Positions 44,228 to 54,723 of a stretch of 64,000 bases of DNA are shown piece after piece. The notes under the pieces were generated by a model. It was not told where the DNA came from. It saw only the letters and a program-made list of their open reading frames with translations, and ran no database searches. Every line of letters begins with the position of its first letter. Within the stretch, counting starts at the first letter, position 1. Made by a program: the position numbers and the translations under genes. The DNA comes from Candidatus Buchananbacteria bacterium (GTDB taxonomy: Bacteria > Patescibacteriota > Patescibacteriia > Buchananbacterales > UBA6539). Location: contig JBAYLH010000004.1 in NCBI GenBank assembly GCA_041664165.1, forward strand, positions 11,974 through 75,973, written 5' to 3'.

Positions 44228-44265
44228 TATTTGAGCCTTTGGTAACCGTTTTCGAACCTCTATTC

Positions 44266-46113
44266 TTAGTTTACTATCTGGTAGCTGGAAATTGTTTCAT
44301 AATCAACATTGAATATTTTCTTGCCCTGATAAGCATTGTCAGGACTTGGCACCGTAGCGATATGTTTAAGAGTCTGGCCGGCGACTTCATAAATTTTCCA
44401 ATCCGGCGTCTTGAGCAAACTCCCGTCGGCGTATTTTTTTACCCCCAAAACCTGGCCGCCGGTTTCAATCGTCGGCAAAGGGCTGAAATAAGCCGCCAAA
44501 TCATCGTCGCTGATATTATAAATCGTTTTACCGGCATACCGGTTTAATTCAGCTAAACCGGTAATTTGTCGCGGGGATTGATTTTCAATGATATAAATTT
44601 TTCTGTTTGGAGTTCGAATCAACGCCCCGTCGGCGTATTTTTTTACCCCCAAAACCTGGCCGGGGACTGAAACTTTTTTATCAGTATATTGAGCCAACAC
44701 GCCATAATCAACGTCATAGATTCTTTTGCCGTTTAATTGATTATCTGGGCCTGCAATCGTATCAAGGTATAATAGCTTGTCATTTTGGACTAAATAAACT
44801 TTCCAGTCGCGAGTCCGCAATAAAGTGCCGTTGGCGTATTTTTTTACCCCCAAAACTTTTTCGCCGGAATTTACCCCTTGATTCTGGTAATAGTTGAAGG
44901 ATTCATTATCAATATTATAAATTTTTTGGCCGGCATAATAATTTTCACTGGCAGCCAGGGTGGCAACATGCCGAATTGTCTGGTCTTCAATAATATAAAC
45001 TTTGCCATCGGCTGTTCTGACGATTGTGCCAACCACGTATTGTTTGACGCCTAAAACTTTACCCGTCGTATCCGGGTGGCTGCCGGTATAATTTAAGCCT
45101 AAATAATTATCAATGGTCCAAAAATCGACATTATTAATCTTTTGCCCTTCATAATTATCTATTAATTCCTGATGAGTGCCGATATAACGAAATTTTTGAT
45201 TTTCAACCCGATAAATTCGCCAGTCGCAAGTTCGCAGCAATTGGCCGTCTCTAAACGTTTTCAGCCCAAAAACCGGATTTTGAGTGTAGCTATAAATGAC
45301 ATTGAAATCAACATCAAAAACCGCCGAGTCATTGTAAGTTCTTTGGCTTAGAGGAATTTTTTTGGAAACATCGACGGCTTTTTGATTTTCGATCTGATAA
45401 AGCTGGCCGTCGCAGGTCCTCAAGTAAGAACCATTAGCATATTCTTTGACGCCTAAAACTTCCGGGCCATAGTGGCAGCGGTCATAAGTTTCAAGAATCG
45501 GCGGCAAGCCCGGCGCATTAATCACGGCAAAAGTACCGATATCATTAACGGCAAAAATAGTTTTATTATCAACATCAAAAATTGCCTTTTGGCCTAAAAC
45601 CCATTGACTGTTATTATTCAAAAAATAAATTCCCAGGCTAGTCAAGTCGGCCGGCAAATTGGCAATGGTTAAATTAACGTTAAGATTCTGCAAAAAATTG
45701 CCGCTTAAATTATTGTTCCGGTCTTTGGCCGACAAATTAAAAATTTTACCGCCGATAATTGCATTCTGACTATCGCAGGGCTGATTGGTCGAATCAAGGC
45801 CGACATAATTTACTTCAAAGATAGTGTAGTCTTTAACCGCTAAAGGCGGGATTTCTAATTCCAATAAAATATCATTGCCTGATCGCCGAATTAACTTACC
45901 ATTGCGATATTGATCCGGAATCACTAGCCAATTATTAATCGCCGTTATCGGCTCTAAAATAGTACTTCCGCCCCCGCCGCCGCCATAGCCAAAAGCGATG
46001 TGGTTATTTAAAAATTCACCGGCGCCAAAATTGCCGGACAAATAGACAATGGCTAAAACCGCCAAGCTGCCTGCTGAAATATTGAATTTTGAGCGTTTAA
46101 GCAATTCAAACAT
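44266..46113 (-). CDS. secreted repeat protein (six tandem ~60-aa VLGVKxYxxG...RTxDxKxY repeats)
   Basis: 615 aa; N-terminal signal/TM; repeats e.g. QVLGVKKYADGSLLKTPDWKIYEVAGQTLKHI. Confidence 0.55.
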   Translation of the reverse strand: MFELLKRSKFNISAGSLAVLAIVYLSGNFGAGEFLNNHIAFGYGGGGGGSTILEPITAINNWLVIPDQYRNGKLIRRSGNDILLELEIPPLAVKDYTIFEVNYVGLDSTNQPCDSQNAIIGGKIFNLSAKDRNNNLSGNFLQNLNVNLTIANLPADLTSLGIYFLNNNSQWVLGQKAIFDVDNKTIFAVNDIGTFAVINAPGLPPILETYDRCHYGPEVLGVKEYANGSYLRTCDGQLYQIENQKAVDVSKKIPLSQRTYNDSAVFDVDFNVIYSYTQNPVFGLKTFRDGQLLRTCDWRIYRVENQKFRYIGTHQELIDNYEGQKINNVDFWTIDNYLGLNYTGSHPDTTGKVLGVKQYVVGTIVRTADGKVYIIEDQTIRHVATLAASENYYAGQKIYNIDNESFNYYQNQGVNSGEKVLGVKKYANGTLLRTRDWKVYLVQNDKLLYLDTIAGPDNQLNGKRIYDVDYGVLAQYTDKKVSVPGQVLGVKKYADGALIRTPNRKIYIIENQSPRQITGLAELNRYAGKTIYNISDDDLAAYFSPLPTIETGGQVLGVKKYADGSLLKTPDWKIYEVAGQTLKHIATVPSPDNAYQGKKIFNVDYETISSYQIVN

Positions 46114-46146
46114 AAGTCTTTGGTTAGGTAAAAATAGTCTCTTATC

Positions 46147-47820
46147 TTACAATGAAATCCGATACAAAGTCAAGTCTTCTTTTTCCAATACTTTTTTAAG
46201 AAACGAAGAATTAATCAAATCAAGCGGCGGATTATTTTTCAAAGCCGCCAAGTCATGGCTTAAAATTACATACTTAATCCCCTTGCTGGCTAGCTCTTTT
46301 GCCTGCCAATCAGGGTCTTTTTGGCTGAAAATTATCGTCTGAATTTCATTGGCTAGTTCGTTTCCGCCTTGGCTGAAAATTTCACCAATTTCCATATTTT
46401 CGCCGATAATAACTTCCCGGTCAAAAAATTCCTTGGCCGGATTCAAGGTAATCAATTTTTGGTTAAAGCCAAGCGATAGATACTGATGCCAGGGTAAAAA
46501 TAGAACTTTAAAGTCCGACTGGTCATCATTTAACAGCTGATTAGTTTGCTGCCAGCTGGCTGGAAACCAGACTGGTTTGAGCTGCCGGCTGAATCCGCCC
46601 CAGATCGGATAAGTATATAAAATCGGAATCAAAAAAACCAAAGCAATAAAATATTTTAATCTGGCAGCGAATTTATTGCTTAATTTTTCCAAAACAACAT
46701 AAAGGCCGAAAGCGGCAAAATAACTATAGCTCAAGCAAAGCAGACCGCTCCATTTCTCCGTATCGCGAAAACCCGGCCAAAACCACAGCTGGTTAAATAG
46801 AAGTTGGTTAAAGCCTTTAAAAATAGTTTCCCCGACGCCGCAAGAAAAAATAAACCCTAATATCCCGCAAAGTAAAAAAAATACAGTTTTTTCTTTTGCC
46901 GGCCGCTTCAAGCTTTGGCAGATGCCAAAAGCGACTAAGCTCAAAATGACCGCCAGCAAGCCGACCCAAAAATAAAAATTATCTTTCGGCCATAAAAAAT
47001 AATCGACCCAGGGCTGAGCTTCGCCCCAAAAACCGTACAAAGCTAAAACATTTAAAACCGTACCTAAGTGTTGATCGGAAGCGGTTTTAAAAGCCTGCCA
47101 ATTTTTTTCATCAAAACCGATAACTACCGAGTTATCGAAATTGGCGATAAAAGGCAAGAGCCAATACAAGCTAAAAACCAAAAGACTGACGCCGACCATT
47201 GATAATTTAATCACTGAATTTTTTACTAGGTTTTTATTTTTTAAATTGGCCATCAGATAATATAAGGCGTAAATAAAAATAACAACCGAAGCAATTGCCA
47301 AAAAATGAATTGAAAAAAGGCTGATTAAAAACAGCCAAAAAAACAGCCAAAAAGCATTTTTATAATCCGGATTTTGGAAAAATCGAATCAGATAAAAACT
47401 TAAAGCCGGCAAAAAAGCATAAGCAAAAAGCAATGGCCACTGGCCGGCTAAAAATCGTTCGTAAACAAATGGCGTGGCAGTGTAAAAAATTGCCGCCCAA
47501 AAAGCTAAGCCGTATTTTTTTGGCGCCGGCAAAAATCGATAGCTTAAAAAACCAATCAGAAAAAATAGGCAAAAAATCATTACTTTTTCAATTACCCAGC
47601 CGGGCAGCAAATAATTGGCAAAATTTAAAACATATTTTAAAAGTAAAGTATTATGGGGCATCCCGGCGCCGAAAAGCACTTTAAGCTTAGGGACAAAAAT
47701 CATATCCAAACTTAAAATATACCCCGGCAAAAGCATTTGCCAAGAGATCAGAACCGAAACCAAAGCAAAAAATAAGCCGGCTAAAATATTTTTATTGGAT
47801 TGTTTAGTTGTATCTTTCAT
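46147..47820 (-). CDS. large polytopic membrane protein, possible GT-C-type glycosyltransferase (tentative)
   Basis: 557 aa, more than 12 predicted TM helices; sits in a locus with a GtrB-like GT2 and two further GT2s. Confidence 0.45.
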   Translation of the reverse strand: MKDTTKQSNKNILAGLFFALVSVLISWQMLLPGYILSLDMIFVPKLKVLFGAGMPHNTLLLKYVLNFANYLLPGWVIEKVMIFCLFFLIGFLSYRFLPAPKKYGLAFWAAIFYTATPFVYERFLAGQWPLLFAYAFLPALSFYLIRFFQNPDYKNAFWLFFWLFLISLFSIHFLAIASVVIFIYALYYLMANLKNKNLVKNSVIKLSMVGVSLLVFSLYWLLPFIANFDNSVVIGFDEKNWQAFKTASDQHLGTVLNVLALYGFWGEAQPWVDYFLWPKDNFYFWVGLLAVILSLVAFGICQSLKRPAKEKTVFFLLCGILGFIFSCGVGETIFKGFNQLLFNQLWFWPGFRDTEKWSGLLCLSYSYFAAFGLYVVLEKLSNKFAARLKYFIALVFLIPILYTYPIWGGFSRQLKPVWFPASWQQTNQLLNDDQSDFKVLFLPWHQYLSLGFNQKLITLNPAKEFFDREVIIGENMEIGEIFSQGGNELANEIQTIIFSQKDPDWQAKELASKGIKYVILSHDLAALKNNPPLDLINSSFLKKVLEKEDLTLYRISL

Positions 47821-48568
47821 TGGTAATGTCGATAAAAGCCAGCAAATTAATCACTAATAAAATTATGACAAAAGCGGAAAACCGGAAGTAGCTGCCGTTA
47901 ACCGATAAATTAAAGCCAGTGACGCTCAAATAGATAAAGACGACGGCCAAGTTGATAGTGGCAATAAAGATATTATTTTTTTGCTTCCCCCAGTTTTTTA
48001 ACGAGGTTTTAAGCTTAGCCGAAAAATTTCGGTTTTTAAAGCTAACCGATTTATCAGCTCTCGACGTTTTTTCGCCCTTAACGGAAATTACAAACGAGAT
48101 TATGTTTATCAAGGCTAAGACCAAAAAAAGAATAATAAAGCGGTAATAATTTTGTTGGTTTGGCAATTCAGCGCCAAAAAGCAACAAATAAACGATAACC
48201 ACGAAAATATTGCCAAAACTTGGCCAAAGGCGGTTATTGATAAAAATTTTTCGCCGGTTTTTTGCCGATTGGGTAACTAGCTCAGTTTTTGATTTTACCG
48301 TCTCGGCAAATTTTTGCGGCTCGGTTTTGAACTCGAACATCCGGGCTGTCGTCGCCATTAATAAAAATAAATAAATCCAGACTGCAAAAATTTCGGCTAG
48401 ATTATAGTTAGCAAAAATTAGGGCAACCAGGCAGCCGCCCAAAGAAATTAAGCCTAAGCAAGAAGCTAACAATGCTTCCCGATCGAAATTTTTAAATATT
48501 TTTTTAATTTTTTCTGGCATAAAACAGCAAAAAGATGAATAAGGCCGCGCAACCGCCGAAAATAACAT
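47804..48568 (-). CDS. hypothetical polytopic membrane protein
   Basis: 254 aa, ~7 hydrophobic helices. Confidence 0.45.
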   Translation of the reverse strand: MLFSAVARPYSSFCCFMPEKIKKIFKNFDREALLASCLGLISLGGCLVALIFANYNLAEIFAVWIYLFLLMATTARMFEFKTEPQKFAETVKSKTELVTQSAKNRRKIFINNRLWPSFGNIFVVIVYLLLFGAELPNQQNYYRFIILFLVLALINIISFVISVKGEKTSRADKSVSFKNRNFSAKLKTSLKNWGKQKNNIFIATINLAVVFIYLSVTGFNLSVNGSYFRFSAFVIILLVINLLAFIDITNERYN

Positions 48569-50645
48569 CAGTCAATCGGTTAAAACTATTTTCCATCGTT
48601 AAATCAAGATCATAGCTGCCGTCACTGTTTTTTTGGCACCGAAATTTTTCCTCACATAAAACCTTGGCGTCAATCCACCAGCCATTGTCATAATTATTAA
48701 TTTGGAAATGATTAGCTTCGGCAATTGATTTACGATCAGCCGAATAAATCTTCCAGGTTTGACTGTATTTTTTGGGATAAACCAATAGAAATGGATTCTT
48801 GATTCCCTGCAAACTAAGCTGATATTTCCAAACATTAATCGGCTTGGCGGTTAAAGACTCCGGCCTAATTTTTTCGATATTATTTTTGGCATATAGATAG
48901 TAGCTATAAATTCCTTTCGGCGCAAATTCAGAAAGTTTCACGTTATCATACAAATCAACAATATTTTTCGAGCCATCCGAAGGGGCGTAAAAATAAAGCT
49001 GAAATGTGTCAACATTATTCACATCCGAGCTGACAATGGCTTCAAAGGTGTGCCACTGATTATCGGTAGCTTCAAAAGATTCAAAATTATCTTGGTTTTT
49101 ACCGGCTTCATTTTTAAAATTATAATAATACTGGACTTTTCCGCCTTCTAAATTTTTATAATCGAAAGCCAATTTATAAAGCTTGTCATTTTCAATTTTG
49201 ACCGGAAAAGACCGCAAGGTACAGGCAAAATGGTTATTGGAAAAAAGCTGAAGCGCATTTTTTCCCGCCGTGGCGTCCGAAACGATGGCTGAACCGATTT
49301 GGGGCCGGCCGGGAAGATAATTGCTGCAATCAGACACTTCGTTTTCCCATAAACCAGCTTCAAAAGACGGGTTGAAATCTTTTAACAAATTAATATCCGA
49401 GCCAAGATAGCTAAACGAATTATTCCCGCTTTTTAAGGTCAACCAGTTACTAAGGCCAAAATTAGCCGGGAAATCCGACCTAGAAATAGCAACCTCTCGC
49501 TCGGAAACAAAAGCAATTAATCTGACATTATCATATAAATTAACGACATTTTTCGAGCCATCCGATGGGGCATAAAAATAAAGACTGAAACTGTCAACAC
49601 CTTGAATCTGAGGAATAATAACGTTACTGAAGGTGTGCCACTTAAAATCAGCAACATTAACCAGGCCGAATTTTTCCTGCAACTGGTCGGAACCATTTTT
49701 AAAATTATAATAATACTGGACTTTTCCACCTTCTAAATTTTTATAATCGAAAGCCAATTTATAAAGCTTGTCATTTTCAATTTTGACCGGAAAAGACCGC
49801 AAGGTACAGGCAAAATGGTTATTGGAAAAAAGCTGAAGCGCATTTTTCCCCGCCGTGGCGTCCGAAACGATGGCTGAACCGATTTGGGGCCGGCCGGGAA
49901 GATAAGCCGAACAATCAGCCGCCGTTTTTTCCCATAGACCGGCTTCAAAAGAAAAGTTGTCATTTTCCAATAAATTCTTGCCGATTGAGTGGTAAAACCT
50001 GATTTTGTTTTTGAATAAATCAGCCAAAGACGTGCTTGAGTCGTTTTGATAAGTTGAAAAATCAACTACCAAATCCCCGATTTTAATCAGGCTGTTTGCC
50101 TCAACGTCAGTAACGGTAAAAATCACGACATCATTTAATTTGATACTGCTGCCATTCAAGTCCAGTCTTTGACCGGGCAAAATAAAGTTGACTTTTTTGC
50201 CGGCCAAATCGTATTGAATTTTTAAAATACTGTTTTCGTTGACATCAGCTTTAAACTCAAAGGGCAAATTGAAACTAAAGCTATTTATAAACTCAGAAAA
50301 ATTAAACGAGTAATCGCTGAAAATTTTTAAATAGATATTTTCTGCCCCGGTCAAGAGCGGACTTATATTTTTAGCCAGATTAATACCGGCGTTATTAATT
50401 ACCGCCGCTTTTTGGCCGGCCGCTTGGTTTTTTTTAATGTCAGTCAGCAAAAATTCAGAATTAACCGATTTCGATTGATTATTTTTTTGATCGGTAAAAA
50501 CCAAAGAAACGCTGTCGGCAACATACGGCTGATAGCCAAAATTAATATTTTTTTTATAAAAACCCACCAGCAGATAAGAACTGACAAAAATCAGCAATAT
50601 GACCGCCAAAGCTCCTGGTTTAATTTTTAATTTTTTAGCTTTCAT
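48504..50645 (-). CDS. surface-anchored protein with two tandemly duplicated beta-sandwich (carbohydrate-binding-like) modules
   Basis: 713 aa, N- and C-terminal TM anchors; 195-aa internal repeat with a 77-aa stretch identical between the copies. Confidence 0.55.
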   Translation of the reverse strand: MKAKKLKIKPGALAVILLIFVSSYLLVGFYKKNINFGYQPYVADSVSLVFTDQKNNQSKSVNSEFLLTDIKKNQAAGQKAAVINNAGINLAKNISPLLTGAENIYLKIFSDYSFNFSEFINSFSFNLPFEFKADVNENSILKIQYDLAGKKVNFILPGQRLDLNGSSIKLNDVVIFTVTDVEANSLIKIGDLVVDFSTYQNDSSTSLADLFKNKIRFYHSIGKNLLENDNFSFEAGLWEKTAADCSAYLPGRPQIGSAIVSDATAGKNALQLFSNNHFACTLRSFPVKIENDKLYKLAFDYKNLEGGKVQYYYNFKNGSDQLQEKFGLVNVADFKWHTFSNVIIPQIQGVDSFSLYFYAPSDGSKNVVNLYDNVRLIAFVSEREVAISRSDFPANFGLSNWLTLKSGNNSFSYLGSDINLLKDFNPSFEAGLWENEVSDCSNYLPGRPQIGSAIVSDATAGKNALQLFSNNHFACTLRSFPVKIENDKLYKLAFDYKNLEGGKVQYYYNFKNEAGKNQDNFESFEATDNQWHTFEAIVSSDVNNVDTFQLYFYAPSDGSKNIVDLYDNVKLSEFAPKGIYSYYLYAKNNIEKIRPESLTAKPINVWKYQLSLQGIKNPFLLVYPKKYSQTWKIYSADRKSIAEANHFQINNYDNGWWIDAKVLCEEKFRCQKNSDGSYDLDLTMENSFNRLTDVIFGGCAALFIFLLFYARKN
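49108..49319. repeat. intragenic direct repeat copy A (~212 bp)
   Basis: More than 98% identical to 49693..49904 (offset 585 bp = 195 codons). Confidence 0.85.
49693..49904. repeat. intragenic direct repeat copy B
   Basis: See copy A. Confidence 0.85.
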
Positions 50646-53040
50646 GACGCCTCGTTTTAATTATTTCTAAAATGCTCAGCAAAATCAGAAGTAAAAAAGT
50701 TAGCCCGGAAACCGTCAAAGTCAGCGAATAAGGCATTTGTTTTTCAAAATAGATCATTAAATAAAGTTCATCACCGGCCTGATAATCCCGAGGAATATCT
50801 CCGGGGGCGATTAAAAAAAGATTTCCGATAATGTTGCCTTTGAAATGATTTTCCGGCTTAAGATATTTTTTGGCGATAAGGCCGAAATCAGCATAGTCAA
50901 AAGACGTGCTAGAAAAATGACAGCGGCGGTTTTCGGTCGTCTCAAAATTTTCCCAGGCCGTCTGGCATTCGACATTATCCCAATCTTTTTTGTCAATAAA
51001 ATAGACCCGCCAATTATCAGAAAAAGTTTGATTGAACTGCAATAAAAACGGGTAAGCCTTATTAACATTCAATTTCAAATAATACTTGTTGGCATTATCC
51101 GCGGCCGCTTTATAGGAAACATAGGGACTATTAAGAGAAAAATTGATGTCTTTAATGGAATTGACGCTATTTAATTCCGACTTGCTGAGTAAAACCGGCT
51201 TTTGTTCGATATTTAATTTATCATTATAAAAATTATTCACATCCAGGCCTAAAATATTTTTTGGACAATAAATAAAAAAATCGTAATTGTCGGCTCCATT
51301 GAACCGATAATGGGTAAAATTATTATTCTGCTCGGCGATATAAAAATTTGCCTGCCGGCTAAGCTGATTTTTGATTTTCAAAGAATTATTTTCTAAATTT
51401 AAAACCTGATAGGTATCAATATTTTTGTCGGCGTTCACAACGTCATGAAAAATAAAAATATTTTTGAGATTAAAAATTGCCAAATTATTAATATTTATTT
51501 GGCCTAAATTATCGTAAATCTCGTTGTAGAACCGGACAAAGTCATTATCAACTAGCCTCAAATTCGGAACGATCAAGCTTTCGTATTTTGTGTAAAAAAA
51601 AGAATTTAGGTCTAGATAATATGGCGCCCAGTTAAACTTCAGCCAATGATAAGGAGCAAAAATCGTTGCCTCCGAGAAAGTATAACTATTTTTACTAATC
51701 AAATCCGATTGATAACCGGCCGGTATATTGCTGACTTTTTTAAAACCATAATGACCCGATAGAAATGGCAATAAATTAACCGCCAGATAAATAACGATCA
51801 AAAAACTAAAAATTTTAACTTTTTTTCCGGGCCGCTCAAGTTTAGACAAGCTGCCAACCAGGATAACGACCAAAAAAGAGTAGAACAGGCTTTGGCTAAA
51901 TTGTAAAAACCCGTAGTCGTTATATAGAAAAACAAAAATCGTCTTATTGAGATGGGAAAAAATATTAAAAGAAGTAAAAAAAGCCAAAGTGTTTAAAAGA
52001 AAAATTAAACAAATTAAAATAATAATTCTCAAACCGCTTTTGTTTTTTAGCCAGATTAAGGCGGCTAGCAACAGGCCGATATTAAAAGCAATCTGAACCG
52101 TTTTAAAAAATTCAAAGCGGCCGGACGCCGCAAAATTATCGGCAAAACCGGGAATTCCCAAATGATTGTAAAAAAAACTTAAAGCTGACGGGGTGAAACC
52201 GCCGGGATGGGAAAAAGAATTAGTAAAAGATTGTTTAAAGTTGTAATTAGCCTGTTCAAACTTGCTAAAAGCATCCTGGTAATTACTGACGATGCTATCG
52301 GAACTGGCCAAGGAAGGAAAACTGGTGGTTAAAATCGGACTGGCGCAGAGACCGAAGACCAGAGAAAAAAAGAGCCAGCGGGATAAATTAAAATATTTTT
52401 TATCATAAAAAACCCAGATAATCGCCAACAGAGAAAAAATAATAATCGGAATTAACCGCAGATAAGAAAACAGATAGACGCCAAAAAAAACCGAGACTGC
52501 TAAATTATGCACCTTCCCCTTTTCCAGATAATTCAGAAAAAAATAGCAAAAAATAATAAATGATACATAAACATAACTAATCGTAAAAAGAGTGGCAACC
52601 AGGAGCGAAAACGGATTAAAAGCTAAAAATAAAGCTCCCAGCCCGATACTTAGATCACTAGCATCGGGCATTAATTTTTTCAGTAGTTTTTGGCCGAAAT
52701 AAAAACCTAAAAAATAATACAAAAAGTAATAAATAATTTGGCCTAAATCCGAACCAAAAATCGAAGTTAGTAAAAGCTGATAAAAAGAAATAATTAAATG
52801 GGCGAAACTCATGGCGGAATTATCAAAACCGAAATAAAACCCGTCAGTTCTGACAAATTGGCCGAGTTTGGACAAAGCGAGTCTTTTCGCCTGCAAAACA
52901 CTATCGTAATAAAAACCGCTGTCGGCAAAGGCCCAAATTCCCCGCTGGAAAATTAAAAATGACATGGCGATAAAAGCAAAAATCAAAAACCAAATCCAAT
53001 GCCACTGAGATTTAATAATATTTTTTAGCTTATCGGTCAT
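50635..53040 (-). CDS. large polytopic membrane protein, possible GT-C/YfhO-like glycosyltransferase (tentative)
   Basis: 801 aa, about 14 TM helices in the N-terminal 450 aa, large C-terminal extracytoplasmic domain. Confidence 0.45.
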   Translation of the reverse strand: MTDKLKNIIKSQWHWIWFLIFAFIAMSFLIFQRGIWAFADSGFYYDSVLQAKRLALSKLGQFVRTDGFYFGFDNSAMSFAHLIISFYQLLLTSIFGSDLGQIIYYFLYYFLGFYFGQKLLKKLMPDASDLSIGLGALFLAFNPFSLLVATLFTISYVYVSFIIFCYFFLNYLEKGKVHNLAVSVFFGVYLFSYLRLIPIIIFSLLAIIWVFYDKKYFNLSRWLFFSLVFGLCASPILTTSFPSLASSDSIVSNYQDAFSKFEQANYNFKQSFTNSFSHPGGFTPSALSFFYNHLGIPGFADNFAASGRFEFFKTVQIAFNIGLLLAALIWLKNKSGLRIIILICLIFLLNTLAFFTSFNIFSHLNKTIFVFLYNDYGFLQFSQSLFYSFLVVILVGSLSKLERPGKKVKIFSFLIVIYLAVNLLPFLSGHYGFKKVSNIPAGYQSDLISKNSYTFSEATIFAPYHWLKFNWAPYYLDLNSFFYTKYESLIVPNLRLVDNDFVRFYNEIYDNLGQININNLAIFNLKNIFIFHDVVNADKNIDTYQVLNLENNSLKIKNQLSRQANFYIAEQNNNFTHYRFNGADNYDFFIYCPKNILGLDVNNFYNDKLNIEQKPVLLSKSELNSVNSIKDINFSLNSPYVSYKAAADNANKYYLKLNVNKAYPFLLQFNQTFSDNWRVYFIDKKDWDNVECQTAWENFETTENRRCHFSSTSFDYADFGLIAKKYLKPENHFKGNIIGNLFLIAPGDIPRDYQAGDELYLMIYFEKQMPYSLTLTVSGLTFLLLILLSILEIIKTRRHES

Positions 53041-53863
53041 GATAAATTGCTTTCTTGTATAAACCTTCGAACCTTTGCCGCTGCCGGCCGGAAAACAACA
53101 CTCCGACGAGTAGCTGAAGATAAATTAAAATATGCTGTTTTAAGCTTAAGTCTAGCTTGAATGTCTTGATGGTTTCTTTTCTTAAGCGGAAAGCTTTCCA
53201 AGCGTTAGTTTTAGCCTGATGAGCCGTCGAACCGGAGTGATAACGGTAAAACAATAAAAATTTATTAACATTAGAAATTTTGTATCCTGAATAGACGACT
53301 CGATACCATAAATCAAGATCTTCGAGGTATAAATAATTTTGGCGGTAAGCACCGACTTTTTTGATCACCGATTTCCGAAACATCACGGCCGGGTGGACAA
53401 CTGGCAAATAAATAATCAATTCCTTTTTAATTGTTTCCGGATCAACTAGCTTGGTTCGATAGTCGATTTTTTTGTCATTTTCATCGATGATTTTAACAAA
53501 ACTGCCGACCACGGCAATCTCGGGATAAAATTTCAAAAAATTAAACTGCTCGAAAAAACGATTTCTAACCGCAATGTCATCGCCGTCCATCCGGGCGATA
53601 ATTTCCGCTTTGGCGGTTTTTAAACCGTAATTCAAGTTATGAACAATCCCCTGGTTATTTTCATTTTTAATATAGATAATTCTCGGGTCAGCCAAATACT
53701 TTTTAACAACCCGATCCGAGCCATCGGTTGAAGCGTCATTAATTAAGATCAGCTCAAAATCGGAAAAAGTCTGATTTAAAATACTTTCGATCGCTTTGGT
53801 CAAAAATAACTGGGCGTTATAGAAAGGCATGATCACTGAAATTTTTGGCGTAATTTCCGGCAT
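53030..53863 (-). CDS. glycosyltransferase family 2
   Basis: 277 aa; VIMPFYNAQLFLTKAIESILNQTFSDFELILINDASTDGS; DGDD motif. Confidence 0.8.
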   Translation of the reverse strand: MPEITPKISVIMPFYNAQLFLTKAIESILNQTFSDFELILINDASTDGSDRVVKKYLADPRIIYIKNENNQGIVHNLNYGLKTAKAEIIARMDGDDIAVRNRFFEQFNFLKFYPEIAVVGSFVKIIDENDKKIDYRTKLVDPETIKKELIIYLPVVHPAVMFRKSVIKKVGAYRQNYLYLEDLDLWYRVVYSGYKISNVNKFLLFYRYHSGSTAHQAKTNAWKAFRLRKETIKTFKLDLSLKQHILIYLQLLVGVLFSGRQRQRFEGLYKKAIYHDR

Positions 53864-53865
53864 AA

Positions 53866-54723
53866 CTAATTTTTATTTCTGAATAAATTAAATATTGCGA
53901 CCCGAAAACGGGCGGGAAGAAGGTAAAGCGTCAGCCACTGAAAAAAATTATATAAAAAATCAAAACCGGAAAAATGATAAGCTTGATTATCCAAAAACTG
54001 CCGACGGATTTTCAAAGTATTTAATTCAAGATTTTTTAATTTCTGGTAAGTAATCGAATTTTTTTGCTGGCGGTATTTTAAAATTACTTCCGATAAATTC
54101 GCAAATTGGTAAAATTGGCCGATTCTAAAGGCTAATTCCAAGTCTTCGGCGACCGGCAATTGCTCATTATATAAGCCGATTTTGACAAAAACTTCCCGGG
54201 TAATCATGGCGGCCGGCTGAGCCACCGGCGAATAACGAAATATTTTTTTTCTTAATTCCGAATCTAAGGCTTGATATTTACGAACACTGATAACTTTACC
54301 GTCGGCAAAAAATTCGAGCCAGCCGCCGCAGATTCCAACCTTCGGGCTACTAAGCATTAATTGATATTGTTTTTCCAGCCGCCTTGGCCGGGAAACGTCA
54401 TCAGCATCTTGCCAGGCCAAATATTTTCCCTTCGCCAAACTGACTAATTTGTTCCGATTGGCCGGGATGCCTAAATTAAATTTATTTTTAAAAACAACGA
54501 TCCTTGAATCTTGAGCGGCGAATCTTTGAATAATCGGCCAAGTCCCGTCAGTTGAAGCATCGTCAATAATAACGAACTCAAAATTAAAAAAAGTCTGGTT
54601 TAAGACACTTTCAATTGCCTCGGCGATATAAGATTCGGAATTGTAGGCCGTCATTAGAACTGAGACTGCCGGAGTTTCGGACATATAGATTTTACCGGTT
54701 AAAATTTTTCTTTTCTCTGACAA
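53866..54723 (-). CDS. glycosyltransferase family 2
   Basis: 285 aa; VLMTAYNSESYIAEAIESVLNQTFFNFEFVIIDDASTDGT; QDADD. Confidence 0.8.
   Translation of the reverse strand: MSEKRKILTGKIYMSETPAVSVLMTAYNSESYIAEAIESVLNQTFFNFEFVIIDDASTDGTWPIIQRFAAQDSRIVVFKNKFNLGIPANRNKLVSLAKGKYLAWQDADDVSRPRRLEKQYQLMLSSPKVGICGGWLEFFADGKVISVRKYQALDSELRKKIFRYSPVAQPAAMITREVFVKIGLYNEQLPVAEDLELAFRIGQFYQFANLSEVILKYRQQKNSITYQKLKNLELNTLKIRRQFLDNQAYHFSGFDFLYNFFQWLTLYLLPARFRVAIFNLFRNKN

Noticed and set aside
49148-50065. Track ORFs 49148..49363(-) and 49733..50065(-) with identical C-terminal 60 aa
   Set aside because: Out-of-frame readings of the two copies of the intragenic 212-bp repeat inside the 713-aa gene.
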